Position numbers and translations under genes: made by a program
Shown: positions 12,471 through 26,600 of the stretch, in pieces
Numbering within the stretch: the stretch's first letter is position 1
Layout of the letters: each line of letters starts with the position of its first letter
The notes under the pieces: generated by a model
Told to the model about the DNA's origin: nothing
Seen by the model: the letters and a program-made list of their open reading frames with translations, nothing else
Database searches by the model: none
Assembly: GCF_006345805.1 (NCBI RefSeq)
Contig: NC_043002.1
Location: 4,774,001-4,838,000 of the forward strand
Source of the DNA: Octopus sinensis
Taxonomy: Eukaryota
Length of the DNA: 64,000 bases
Direction: 5' to 3'

Positions 12471-15400
12471 AAAATATCAAGCAAACAGCTAAGATTTTGT
12501 TTAGTAGCTTTAACATTTAGCGGACCACTTGATAATGACTATAATCTTTCTTTTAGTGATAGTGTTGTTGTTATTATTGTAGTTGTTATTGTTACTGCTG
12601 TCAATGCTTCTCCCACCACCACCACCACCACAATTACCACCTCTCTCTCTCTCTCTCTCTCTCACACGCACACATACACAAACACTGAAGGCAGTTTTTA
12701 CAGTTGGCCATTTACTTTTACTGAATAAATAAACAGAAAGACGTTCCGTTGCCAAAGTGGCTTCATTCAGACGAGCAGACACCTCTTGGCAGCGGAATTT
12801 CAACCAAGTAAATACTATAGCTTGCACTGGTTAGCCTCGCCCACTACGGAAGACGCTAATTGAAATAAATGCCCAGCAGTTGAGGAAGAATTTATATATA
12901 AGAAAAAAATAAGGGCGACGAAATATAATTGTTATTGTAACTTCTTCCTTCTTGCTCGGGATTTCTAAGAACTGCATGCAGAAGAAACGCTCGGAATACT
13001 CTTTACTCTTTTACTCTTTTACTTGTTTCAGTCATTTGACTGCGGCCATGCTGGAGCACCGCCTTTAGTCGAGCAAATCGACCCCGGGACTTATTCTTTG
13101 TAAGCCCAGTACTTATTCTATCGGTCTCTTTTGCCGAACCGCTAAGTGACGGGGACGTAAACACGCCAGCATCGGTTGTCAAGCAATGTTAGGGGGACAA
13201 ACACAGACACACAAACACACACACACACACATATATATATATACATATATACGACAGGCTTCTTTCAGTTTCCGTCTACCAAATCCACTCACAAAGCATT
13301 GGTCGGCCCGGGACTATAGCAGAAGACACTTGCCCAAGATGCCACGCAGTGGGACTGAACCCGGAATTTGAACTCAGAACGTAACGGCAGACGAAACACG
13401 GCTACTCATTTCGCCTGGCGTGCTAACGTTTCTGCCAGCTCGCCGCCTTAACGCTCGGAATATATATAGTGTTCACGCTGACATCTCTTCATGACTGTTC
13501 AATATACTAGAATTAGCAGTTAAATATCCCTCACACCATATTCTGCCGTCTTTAATAGAGACACATTCGATTATGTGGTTCTCAATTCAATGTGCTTTAA
13601 AAGGTGTGGGATGGTTATCGTTGAAACTCATTTGATAATATCTTTGTACGATGTCCATTCGCTAAGGAGATGCATTAGACGTCACTGACCCCTCACTATT
13701 AAACGGTGCACCCTCAGATTTAGAAAATACAGTTTGCAGAAATTAATGCCCACCCAGAATATTTTGAAGTACCCCAGGCACCAAAGTCTGGCCACCAAAG
13801 GCCTGCCTCGCATGCTAATACTAATGCTCATACTACGTACGGAAGCAGCCACGAATTTGAAACGTCTTCAGGTGTGCTTCGGGTAACACCTTGAACTTTA
13901 TTTCTTAAATGCGAAAGATGATATAAGGCGTATTTCTCTGCAAGGAAAACTCTGAGATACACTATAAAGAAAGAAAAAAGGTTATGCAGTAGAGTTCTTG
14001 TTATGAAATTTTCTGTATTGAGTTTCGCTGATGTCGATACAATTTTAAATTATCAGCTTTTGTCTGTCCAATGACAACTAATAAACTTTGAAACAACATC
14101 AGTAAAACTGAGACTTTAATTTTAAAAAAACGAAGTAATGTTTGGTGATGACCTGGAACTCTCAGTCACATATACCAAGCTTCTTTTCCAATTGCCACTG
14201 ATTTTTTTTATTATTTATTTTTTTTTTACCATTTTGGATTAACATGATAATTAGCTAAATTGCGTGGATAGCAGACCGCAAACTTTATTTGAAATGGTTC
14301 AGTCACCTGTAGAATTAAAACACGTCTTTTCAAAATAGCACTGAAGCAGCTCCGCTCTTTTAACTGCTCGGCCTGGTCTATTACAGAAGCGCCAAAGGAA
14401 GAGAACAAAGGTGGTTGTCGTGGTCGTTTTGGTACGTCATTCTTTATTACGATTTACATTCGAGATTTTTATACTCTAGGGAAAATAATATTGAAGGGCG
14501 AAATACAAGACCACAGTCTTTATCAGCTGACATTATTTTACGTTAAAAGAATTAATTTTGAGAAGTAATGTTTATCGCCGTATCAATATGGCCGTTCGAC
14601 ATTACTACCGTTAATAACCCCCAGAAAGAGCCTCCTCCACCTGATTATCGATGCAATCTGCACACGGTATATATTGCAAGCAGAGGGCCGAACCCCTACT
14701 ATCTCCTAGCAGACAACGGGATCACAAGACCGGACGGTTTCGGGCTATTTGTACCCATCGTCACTAATGAACACCCGGCCGCTAGAGATTAATTAATTCT
14801 TTATTACAGGCACAAGGCCTAATTACAGAGGGGACATACAAAGACATACGGGGACATAAATCATAATGATGGATGAATATGAAATGAATATATTTACAAT
14901 GCAAATAAGTCGGCCATCTCACTCCCCACTGCGAGATGAAACCGTGGATTCCTTTAACACAACCTTTAGCCTCGCTCCGAGGCGAAACTGCGACTTCCCT
15001 CTTCGCTTTTGCCCTACCATTATAAACCTTTTAAACCGATGTTCATACAGTCCTTACTTATTTCTTTTCCTTTTTTAAAACTAAAAGAGAACCAAATGTT
15101 TATCACAGGGTTCAAAAAAACTTTAGGAAACCTGCTCAAAATTTACATTATTTTTCCCTTTTTTCTTCCTAAAAAGTTCAAGCAATCACTTCTTTCAGTT
15201 ACAGTCTTTACAAAATTATAACGGTGCTCCAGCATGGCCGCAGTCAAATGACTGAAACAAGTAAAAGAGTAAAGAGTAACCACTTATTTCTTTCAAGTTG
15301 GGGGTGCCTTATCTCACTATAATTTTTCTTTTCGTTTGTGCTTTTTCATGTTGTCTCTTTTTCTTTCTATTTTCCTGCTGTTTTATGGGTTCTTGTATTT

Positions 15401-15509
15401 CCGTCTCTAAGTCTGTGTGTTCTTGTATTTGTGTGTCTGTGTGTTCGTTTCACTGCAACTCTACGTGTTTCGTCTGTGTGTCTATGTCTTTAGGTTTCCG
15501 TAATTATGG

Positions 15510-15846
15510 GTTGGGATCTTTTTACTTTTTGACCGACAGATTTAAAAAATAATTTTTTGTAACTAAACACTTTCAAACTTCGGACACTGGTAGAATGTGT
15601 CATATAAAACATCTTTTACTCTGAGCATTTTTGAGAAAAACTTATATTTACGAAGTTATTTCACGTTAAAGTTGTTCTATTTCGGTAATTTCAACCAATC
15701 AATGACGTGTATTCAGCTGAATAAAATTACTGCCGCTGTTTGTCAACAACAACTATCGGAGGTGTATTTTTTGTTTGTCACTGTTATTTATGACATCGTT
15801 CGTGCGTTTGTACTGATTTTAGCTTTAAGGTGTTAGGGTTAGGGTT
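15510..15846 (+). repeat. Unclassified interspersed repeat (second copy inverted at about 212-690)
   Basis: Shared blocks aaacttcg.a.actggtagaatgtg and aatttcaaccaatcaatgacgt...tgtcaacaac; no coding similarity recognised. Confidence 0.65.
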
Positions 15847-16456
15847 ATATATATATATATAAGTGTCTGCTTTTCCAACCTTAGCAGACAAAATCTGCTA
15901 AGGCAAATTTTCAACAGCTGGACGCCCAACCTTCACCAGTTTCTCAGCAAAATAATATTTTCCCTATGGACGAGCATGTTTACACGGAGAATTGGAAAAT
16001 GACGGCATCGCTTATACAACGATGATGCTCATTTACATCCATCAAGCGATATCAAGACAAGGAAACACACACACACACATATGCGATGGAATTCTTTTCG
16101 TTCCATCAAATTCTCTCAAAGCTTTGGTCATCATGGAACAATAACAGAAGAAACTTATCCAAGGTACCACGCTATGGGATTGAACCCAAAACTATGTGAT
16201 TTGGAAGCGAACTTCTTAACCACACAACCATAATTGCATCTACGCACCTACATACATACGCATAGATCCATAATTAAAGGCACCCAAGGAATGCATTTTC
16301 AGTAATTTGCAATCGATAGTGCCACGCGCAACGGGCCTACAACGGCTGAAGACGTGCAAGAATCATCAAATTTCTGTCTCAGAAACTTTAAGTCCTGAAT
16401 ATAAGTTCCCATATGCGCACCATTTAATGCATGCATATATATATTAGAGAAAAAAA

Positions 16457-16741
16457 CACCTTTTATCAATTCAAAATGAACAATTAAATTACACCATCTA
16501 GAAAATTACATATAATAGAAATATTAAAAATAAAATAACAATAAAATACCAATGATTAAGTAAATTGCAAAAAAAAATAATAAAAACGTATAATTGCTGC
16601 CAATTATATACGTTTTTATTATTTTTTTTGCAATTTACTTAATCATCGGTATTTTATTGTTATTTTATTTTTAATATTTCTATTATATGTAATTTTCTAG
16701 ATGGTGTAATTTAATTGTTCATTTTTAATTGATAAAAGGTG
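16457..16741. repeat. Palindrome, arms about 140 bp, 4-nt loop
   Basis: Centre tataattg-CTGC-caattata at 16597-16600; few mismatches; related copy at about 25319-25515. Confidence 0.92.
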
Positions 16742-17349
16742 GGGGGGTTCTAATTTTTATGTATATATTATATTGTGTGAAATTTGATTTAGTATTTCTA
16801 AATTGAATTTTTCCCTGTAAGTTAGGAATAATATTCCCTCAAATAATAATTATATTATATATATATATATTGTTATATTTCGGAATGGTCATTTTGCCAG
16901 TTTAGCCAATAAATATTTAAACGTATATATATATATATATATTCTACTTACATTCACTGATGTCTAATTGTTGAATATTGTTAACCAAATTCTTTTAAAG
17001 CTGAGTGCTTTATTGATATCTGCCTAAATTTTTTCTTCTAATAATAACATCACCATCATCATCATCATTCAACGTCCGTTTTCCCTGCTGGCATGGATTA
17101 GACTGTTTGACTGGAACTGTTAAGCCAGAGAGCTACACCAGATTTGTCATGGTTTCTACGGTTGGACGCCCTTCCTAACGCCAACCACTCTGAGAATATA
17201 ATGGGTGGTTTTTATGTACCACGATCACGGATGCCATTTACATGACACTGGTAACGGTCATGACTACCATCTCATTTGGCTTGACGAGTCCTCTGAAGCA
17301 CAGCATATCGCCAAGGTCTCAGTCACTCGTCATCGCCTCCGTGGGGCTC

Positions 17350-17381
<32 letters not shown>

Positions 17382-17732
17382 GGAAGCAAATGTAACTATC
17401 AGGACAGATAAAAAAAATATCGATATTAGTAGAGAAATTCGAACTCTGAACAAAACCAGATACATACTACAAAGCATACTTCTCATTGTACTACATTTTT
17501 AAGCTTCTTCACCACCATACTCACGCATGCAACCAAACACACACACACATATACACGTTATCACACATTAAACACAGCAGGGGGTTTATACAAAGAAAAA
17601 AACACAAAATTCCCCCCAAAACAAGTAAATTTTATTACTAACCTTAATAAAATCATCAACGTTATCATTATCATAGTTTTCAACCAACCAATATCATTAT
17701 TTTCCCAGTATGTATATATACATACATTATAT

Positions 17733-17772
<40 letters not shown>

Positions 17773-18649
17773 CGGAGAGAGAGAGGGAGAACAGTAAAAA
17801 GGACTTTTAAAAAGGAAGTTCGTGTTTGAGATTTTATAGTTGCATTTCTCAACTATTAAAGTGCTTTTTGGTGGAGTAATATGAATAAAAAAATATACCC
17901 ACAACCTTGAATGTGTTAGTGGGTCATGACCATCACCACCGAAGATTTTGCTTCAAGTAAAGAATCCAAAACTGACAAAATTTATGTAAGTAAAACAACT
18001 GTGAAGAGTTGACAGAATAGAGAGGAAATGAAGATTGAAACTATTACCAAATGTTAGCAGACTCAGCTCTTCCAGAGCATACCACAATCCTATACCTGGT
18101 GATGGAGGTCCACACCTGGTGATATATTCCTATGAATGAAGAACTCAATGTAGAGATGCCTGGTGCTGAACACACCACCTGACACGAAGTTGTCACAGCA
18201 CATGACCAACATTCAGAGACTGAATAAAATTTCAAAGTGAACCAAGTCAGTTGGTGGATCCTAGTCATCTACAGTCAATAGAATTTATGAGATTCACAGC
18301 AGAGCAACTTACTGAGCCATTACCATTCCATGCCAGTCTCAGAAATATTGCTTACAGCAGTTAGTTATATGAATGTTGTGTGAACTGAGAGGTTTGTGAA
18401 TCAAGTCTCTTTGCCGTGATCACAATACAGGACCCATCAATAGAATATGAACAGATTACTCTTTTGGTCATTTGTCCAATACCCAGTCGACTTAGTCACC
18501 TTTACTCTTACACTGTACACTACTCATATTATAGTGGATATGGAGGTTTTATTCAGAAACTAGGATTATGAACCGGCAACGCCGGGTCATAGTGCTAGTG
18601 CATGCATATACAGCTGCGTGCATGTGCACATACACGTGAGTACTGTCCA

Positions 18650-18927
18650 AATCTCCGACCAATCACATACAGCTAGCTGGCATTCAATTGGCGTATCAAG
18701 TTTTGGGCATTTTGATTGGGTTTTGGATAGAAAATTCACAAAAAAGTCACTTCTATTGATTTTTTAATGGCTTTGTGGGCTAACTGGGGAAATGTAAAGA
18801 TGTGCACGACCACCCTTGGACGGTTTTGAATGATCATAGAAAGTGTGAGCCCTCTAACTGAAAAATTATGGATTTGTATAAAGAATACACACACAGACAG
18901 ACATTTTGCCGTTTATATATAGAGAGA
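18650..18927 (-). mobile_element. 5' part of a Helitron-like element (5' end resembles the 55526 copy)
   Basis: Minus strand begins A|TCTCTCTATATATAAACGGCAAAATGTCTG; no matching 3' terminus found. Confidence 0.5.
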
Positions 18928-20641
18928 TGATGCTAAAATTGGTTGCAAAGAGAGAGATTTCAGAACATCTGGAGTGGGCTAAAAACAATTCCCCTCCTTA
19001 CACGGCAAAAACATCTCACATAAATATTTACGCACACAAACGCCAGGCTTCTTTCAGTTTCTATCAACTAGATCAGTAATTCCCCACCAGTAGAACCTTG
19101 ATAAATTGTGTTTGGTGCATGGAATCCAATTTTTTTTTTTAGTGGGACATGGAAGAGTGAAAATATTTTTTTTCTTAGTCAATAATGTACTTTTTTTGTA
19201 CTCAGTACTTTAGTTACTGGTAGATTCTTTTGTATAAAATAATTATAATAAAATATTAAAAAATAAAATTGTTTTTTCTTCAACCACTGGTGGGGCATTC
19301 ATTTGTTTGGAAAGATGTAGCGGGGCCGGAGGGAAAATAGGTTGAGAAACACTGAACTAGATTCACTCACAAGGATTTTGTTATTTATTTTTGTTCCTTC
19401 TCGAGTCATGCCTGGCTCATAAGGGCCGGTTTCCCGGTTTCCTTGGTGTATAGGTTTCCCACCTGGACGGGATGCCGATCCGTCGCAGGTGAGCTGCAAG
19501 ATGCAGGAGGAAAGAGTGAGAGAAAGTTGTGGCAAAAGTGTCAGCAGAAGTTCGCCATTACCTTCTGCTGGAGCCACGTGAAGCTTAGGTGTTTCACTCA
19601 TAAACACACACATCACCCAGTCTGAGATTCGAACCTGCGATCCCTCGACTGCGAGTCCGCTGCTCTAACCACTAGGCCATGTGCCTCCACGAGGATTTTG
19701 TTGGCCAAGAGCTACAGTTGAAGACACTTTACCCAGAATGTCATGCAGTAGGACTGAACCCAAGACCACAGTAAACAAAAAAGTAAATAGAAATCACATT
19801 TAAATCCTAAATATTAGAACAAAAAAATCCCATTTTAAAAATGGATTTACTGCAAACACAAAACTGAATGAATGGTTCTCCAATAGGCTACAAGAATACT
19901 TTGGAGTATATTCAAACGGTGCCAGTTAAAAGAATAACAAGAATTCTTTGCTGAAACTTTTGAATATTGGTTCCAAATTTTGGCAGAAGACCAATCGAGG
20001 GGCTAAGTTGATTATATCAACCCCAGTGTTCAACTGGTACTTTATTTTATCAACTGCAAAAGGATAAAAGGTAAAGTTAACCCCCAACAAAATTTGAACT
20101 CAGAACATAAAGACAGACAAAATAGCAATAAGCACTTCACCCGATCTGCTAACAATTCTGCCACATTTGTTCTAACATCAAATTATCCATGCTTCTGGGA
20201 GTCAAACAGAATTCACTGAGGCTGATTTTTTTATAGCCAGATGTTTCTTCCTCTTGTCAACCTTCACCTGTTTCCAAGCAGTTAATGTTTCCTCGTGGCT
20301 ATATAGATTTTTCACAGAAAAAGGAAATGAACGACCCCGCTCATATACTGGTGACACTCGTTTACAACAATTGCTTGATGCCAAGACAAGGAGATACAAA
20401 CACACCTCCATGCAAAACACACCCATGCAGGCACACATCTTTTATTTTTTACTTTTTTTCTGACATTAAACAGTGACCATGCCAGGGCACCACCCCAGTA
20501 CTTTATTTTTTCCAAAGCTTGATGCTTGTTTTATTGGTTTATTTTGCCAAACCACTAAGTTACAGGGACACCAGTTGTCAAGCAGAAGGGGGAAGAAACA
20601 AACACTTACACATATATACGTATCAATATACATATGTATAT

Positions 20642-20675
<34 letters not shown>

Positions 20676-20879
20676 CATAGCTATATATACATACATAGCT
20701 ATATATACATACATACAATGGGCTTCTTTCAGTTTCTGTGTACTAAATCCACTGACAAGGCTTTGGTCAGCCCAAGGTTACCGTATAAGACCATGTGTTC
20801 AGGAAGCAAACTTCTTACCACACAGACAGCCACGCGTATACACACATGCATAATGTATATGTTATATATAAACATATAT

Positions 20880-20935
<56 letters not shown>

Positions 20936-21324
20936 GTATGTGTGTGAGTCTTTGTCCTGCACCAACACTTCACAAGCAGTGTTGGTTTGTTTGTGTCTCA
21001 TTAACTTAGCATTTCAGCAAAAAAAAGGACTGACAAAATAAATAAGTACAGGGATCAATCTGACCGACTGAAAAATACTTCTAGGTGGTGCCCCAGCATG
21101 GTCTTGGTTTGATGATGAAACAAGTAACCGAGATAAAAGATAAAGATACAGTCTGGGTATTCAAGAGCTGCTTTATAATTTGATAAAGTCATTGAGAAAA
21201 TCTAAAAGTAAAAGAAACAAATTGCAGGAGATCAACAGAGAAACAATTAAACAAATCTAAGAAAACAAAAGGAAAATAAGATTATTATTATTATTATTAT
21301 TATCATATTTAAAATGAATATGGT

Positions 21325-21330
21325 TTTATT
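21325..21330 (-). terminator. Candidate TDP1 polyadenylation signal AATAAA
   Basis: TTTATT on + strand about 390 nt downstream of the TDP1 stop codon; position is plausible but AT-rich DNA gives chance hits. Confidence 0.4.
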
Positions 21331-21722
21331 TTACTCTTTATTTCAAATAATGTTTGCAGCATTCTCTGCTCTCTAAATGTTTCCCGCTGTCTTATGTGAA
21401 CTGGGTGCGAATCTCAGGTGTTTCTTAAGAGTAGGGATTTCTGGAATAATCTCTTCAGGTAGATTACAGTAGCATAATTTGTGAAAGTGCCACTGAAGGA
21501 AGCAAGGTAAGATTACTCCAGAAGACACCATATTTGTCATTATTATTGTTGTTGCGGGTTTCTTTTTTTCTTTTTTTTTGTGATTTGGTGTTCGTGGTGG
21601 TGGTGGTGGTCATGTTAGCAGTATTAGTGAGACGAAATTAAAATCTCAAGTTAGTCAGTCAATCAGCCAGACCTTGTCTTCTTGTCAAGAAAAAAAGTAT
21701 AGGATGGAAATTGGTTGGTGTA

Positions 21723-21802
21723 CTACAAGAGGGATGGGCACCACATCATACCATTGCAATCAGGAAGCTCCTTGTGTGCAATATCATAAACCCATGGCTC
21801 AT
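21723..21802 (-). CDS. TDP1: TDP1 terminal coding exon N: DEPWVYDIAHKELPDCNGMMWCPSLL*
   Basis: 80 nt; acceptor tttctttacAG, ends in TAG; similar to human [24 protein letters not shown]. Confidence 0.94.
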
Positions 21803-23856
21803 CTGTAAAGAAATACAAAAACTTTAGAATTGAACTCAAACACTAAAACATCATCATCATCATCATTTAGCGTCTGCTTTCCATGCTAGCATGGGTTGGA
21901 TGGTTCAACTGGGGTCTGAGAAGCCGGAAGGCTGCATCAGGCCCAGTCTGATCTGGCAGTGTTTCTACGGCTGGATGCTCTTCCTAACGCCAACCACTCC
22001 GTGAGTGTAGTGGGTGCTTTTTACATGCCACCCGCATAGGCGCCAGACAGAGCTGGCAAACGGCCACGAACGGATGGTGCTTTTACGTGCCGCCAGGCGA
22101 GGCTGGCAACAGACATGAACGGATGGTGCTTTTACGTGCCACCGGCACGAGGGCCAGGCGAGGCTGGCAACGGACACAAACGGATGGTGCTTTTAATTAC
22201 TTACACAGACACAAGGCCAGAAATATTAAGTGGGGGGGGGTGCAGGGAACAGTTGATTATATTGGCTTACTAATTTACCGGTACTTTATTTTAGTGACCT
22301 CACAAAGATGAAAGCAAAGTTGACCTCAATAAGATTTTTTAACTCAAAAACAATAATAACAACACTAGGGAACAGAGTTTTTGTTGTCTGATGTTGGAAA
22401 CATGTTTCCTACTAATTCTAGGGTGCTGATTTCAAAAATGAAATCTATTTTGCTCTATCATGTCAAAATTTTTCACAAACTCAGATGTCCATTTTTCAAT
22501 ATTTCTGGTATTGTCACCATTTCTAAGGATAGATTTGACTTCATCAAAGGCAAACCCATGTATGGAGCATGACATAACTTTGAAAACAGATTTTCTATGT
22601 CATTTAAAGTAAATATAACTACAAAAGTGAAAAAAAAAGTTATGATTTAAGTATCTTTAGTAAATAAAAAGTATCAAACTTGAGCAACTTTCAGTATTTT
22701 CAACCTAACCAGTTTCAAATGTCCTTTATACAATTAAATGTTAAAAAACAACATATTTTTGTGGCCCTTCACATCATACATGTCTCATATTTGTGTAATT
22801 TATCTGCAGATATCCCCCACGCTTTGCTTAATTTAGTGTGACTGATTGCAAACTAGATGAGATGTGTTTTGTTGAACTTTTAACTGTCTCTTATGAAAAT
22901 TGGTATTTTGAATGTGCCCTTAACATTTTGATTGTGAGGTCACATGAGCCAAGGTCACTTTTCATTAATTATGGTCAAAGAACTGTGAAAAGCACTTCAT
23001 GGTATGGTATGCCCTTTATGGAACTTTGCCATCACAAATCTGCATTTGCTTACCTTATAACTGTTGACTATTCTGAAAATGCTTTCCCAGTTATCATCAT
23101 CGTTTAACGTCTGCCTTCCATGCTAGCATGGGTTGGATGATTTTGACTGAGGACTGGCGAACTAGATGGTTGCACCAGGCTTCAATCTTGATCTGGCAGA
23201 GTTTCTACAGCTGGATGCCCTTCCTAATGCCAACCACTCTGAGAGTGTAGTGGGTGCTTTTACGTGCCACCGGCACAGGGGCCAGTCAGGTGGTACTGGC
23301 AACAACCTGACTCGAATCTTTTACACACGCCACTGGCACAGGTGCCAGTAAGGCGATGCTAGTAACGATCACGCTCGAATGGTTAGGCAGTGAAACTAAA
23401 TCACAGATTTTGTGAAGAAACATTATTTCCTTCCTTACTTTAGCATGAAATTGGGTGACAAGACAAAGCCTGGGCGTCCCATATTGTGTGCAAAACCTGT
23501 GTTAAATAACTGAGGCAGTGACTGATTCAAGTACTTAAGCAGAAAGTTTCCAGTTTTGTCTTGTGAGAAAAATAAGGCTGGTGTGTTGATGGGCCACATA
23601 TTAGGGGACTATCACAGGATGAGCTATTTTTGGAGACCATGTCCGGCTTTGAAAAGGAGGCATGGAATGCTTTTGTTGCAGTTGTATCTGGTTTTCTGAG
23701 AAACAAGAAACCATCAAATTATGAAGATCTTGTGCAGATCCTGTAAACCAGTTTTTGAGCACTGGGCCCCAGAAAATGTCAATTTTGCCATTAAATGCAA
23801 GACTGAAATAAGAAACTAACACAAACCAAGTAATACTTCTTATTGTTTAACAGAAA

Positions 23857-24243
23857 TCTTTATATATAAAAGTGAGGTTGTGTGCTGTCTGTCCCCTTCG
23901 ATTTAGATTCCTAACTACTCCCGCATTTTGCGGTGCAGTTTATCTTATAGTCGTGATTCATATCGAGCCCTTCTGGGTATTAACACGCGTCTACGATGAG
24001 TCTACGATTTAAAAAAAAATTGACCATCATTTTTTTCCATTTTAATGCATTTTTTTCGCTATTATATAAGGAAAGTAACTCTCTAAAAATGTCTACGATG
24101 AGTCAACGATTTTAAAAAAAATTTACCATCATTTTTTTTCCATTTTTAATGCATTTTTTGCTAGTTTTTGGCTATAACTCTCTAAAAATGCTTATATAGT
24201 TATTTCCCTTACAAACCCAAGCAACGCCGGGCAATACTGCTAG
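23857..24243 (+). mobile_element. Non-autonomous Helitron
   Basis: A|TC 5' end, subterminal hairpin (cccaagcaacgccggg), CTAG|T 3' end, no TSD; internal duplication of about 95 bp. Confidence 0.8.
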
Positions 24244-25038
24244 TATTACATAAAATGTTTAATTACACATCTTAGAATAGATATTTCTCTCAAATTGGAG
24301 TTTGAACTACTCAAGGAATAAACTCTCTCTTTGTTGCTTTATGGGAATAAATTGCATCGTGTCAGTCTCTTTACACATGAGTGTAAATGTGCATTTGCTG
24401 CACAGTCATCTGGACTACTTGCTTGAAAATCCTAAAGCAATAGTGATGAGCAAGGAAAAAGATTCCTCCAAGACATCAAGAACATGGGCACTAAGTATCA
24501 AGGCAGGTGGAACACCAGTATGGGGCTGTCTACTGCTGACCACTGCAAAGAGACGGGACATGATGCAATTTATTCCCATAAAGCAACAGAGAAAGTTCAT
24601 TGCTTGAGTAGTTCAAACTCCAATTTGACAGAAATATCTATTTTGAGATGTGTAATTAAACATTTTGTGTAATATTTCTGTTAAACAATAAAAAAATATC
24701 ATTTGGTTTGTGTTAGTTTCTTATTTCAGCCTTGCATTTAATGGCAAAATTGACATTTTTTGGTAAAAAAATTAATTCCTGTTTAACAAAACTTATGACA
24801 TGATATAAAATTTCTGGGGGCATTTCTGAGCCCAACACCACCAAATTAAGTAGGACTAATTGTAAAAAGCAAGACAACTAAACACTTTTTTTTAAATGTT
24901 CTCCAGGGTAATCATTCTTAACAAAGACACAATGCCAGGAATTTGAGAGGAAGGAACGGTCAATTTACAAAGGATAAAAGACAAAAGTAACTTAGGTGAG
25001 ATCTGAACTCAAAAACAAAAAGTTAAAAATATACAAAC

Positions 25039-25147
25039 CATCTTTCTTGTACGGTTTCAATGGAATATCATATGGGAGAACAAAACTTGGTTTTTCAGAG
25101 GACAAACCTTCATTTACATCGTTGGTCAACTTAAGCCGCTTCATGTC
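25039..25147 (-). CDS. TDP1: TDP1 exon M: DMKRLKLTNDVNEGLSSEKPSFVLPYDIPLKPYKKD
   Basis: 109 nt; acceptor ccattttctAG, donor GTTTGT; PYD.P...Y motif; phases fit L and N. Confidence 0.92.
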
Positions 25148-26214
25148 CTAGAAAATGGAAAATAGCTATTCAAGAAGAGCCATTAAGATATTTCATTAAA
25201 CATTCAACAAAAATAAAACCATGATTTAATCTATGACCTAATTTAAACCATAATTTCTTTCCTTTTTCCATGCATTTTTGCTTATAACCCTTTCGTTACT
25301 GTATTTATTTTGAGATGCAAAGTAAATTGCAAAATGATAATAAAAACATAATAAAAACGTATATATATTCTACCAAATATATACGTTTTTATTCTTATTT
25401 TGCAATTTACTTAATCATCGGTATATTATTGTTATTTTAATTTTAATATTTCTATTATATGTAATTTTCTAGATGGTGTAATTTAATTGTTCATTTTGAA
25501 TTGATAAAAGGTGGGTTTTTTCTAATTTATCATCATCATCATCATTTAGCGTCCGCTTTCCATGCTAGCATGGGTTGGACGGTTCAACTGGGGTCTGGGA
25601 AGCCAGAAGGCTGCACCAAGCCCAGTCTGATTTGGCAATGTTTCTACGGCTGGATGCCCTTCCTAACGCCAACCACTCTGTGAGTGTAGTGGGTGCTTTT
25701 TACGTGCCACCGGCACGGGGGCCAGACGAGGCTGGCAAACGGCCACAATCGGATGGTGCTTTTTACGTGCCATATATATATAATGTATGTATGTATGTAT
25801 GTATGAGTGTATACTTGTGTGTGCCAGTGTCTAGACATCACATGTGATATTTGTAAATAAGTATCATTTTCATACAAGTTGTTCATTTCCAGTCTTCTGC
25901 AAAAAAAACATGTCTAACTACGGGGAAAATATTACCTTGCCTGGAAACAGGTAAGAGCAGGTGACAGGTAAGGCATCCAGCCATAAAATATTTACCTCAA
26001 CAAATTCCATCTGCCCACGCGAGTATGGAAAAGCAGACATTAATTGGTGATGATTATATCATCACCATCACCATCATTTAACACCCATTTCCCATGCTTC
26101 CATGGGTTGGGCAGTTTGACAGGAACTGACCAAGCCAAAAGACTACACCAAGCCCTGCTGTCTGTTTTGGTAAGGTTTGCTACAATCTTATAATGAGTTT
26201 CCATCCTGTTTTTA

Positions 26215-26600
26215 CATTACGTATCCTTTAGTCTGGCTGACTGTTCGGCCACCACTGATGACCTTGTGACCAGCTCCCTCCACATGTCTCCGTCTTCTAC
26301 CTCTCGCACTGCATCTCTCATCTTTAAGCCTGTCCACTCAGAGATGTTTTCCCACCTCTTTTCCTCTCTACCTCTGCATCTCCCACCTTTGACTGTTCTC
26401 TGAAGGATTGTTTTGGCCATCCCTGATGAGTGGGTGACATGCCCACACAACCTGAGCTTGCATTTCTTTACTGTGGTAAGGGAGTTCCTCATAGGACCCT
26501 ATTGCCTACTTCTTTCTTCTTTTTACTTCCTCATTTCTGACACAATCTCCATATGATATTCCCAAATGCCTCCATCTTGTTTACAGTTAGCAATTCCACT
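26215..26600 (-). mobile_element. RTE-clade LINE 3' fragment
   Basis: KCKLRLCGHVTHSSGMAKTILQRTVKGGRCRGREEKRW resembles the RTE ORF C-terminus. Confidence 0.8.

Noticed and set aside
11823-12472. His-, Val/Gly- and Glu-rich ORFs
   Set aside because: Produced by trinucleotide low-complexity tracts; no splice-consistent or homologous context. The same applies to 28440-28905.
15833-15847. TTAGGG repeats as telomere or interstitial telomere
   Set aside because: Only two units, at the end of an interspersed repeat.
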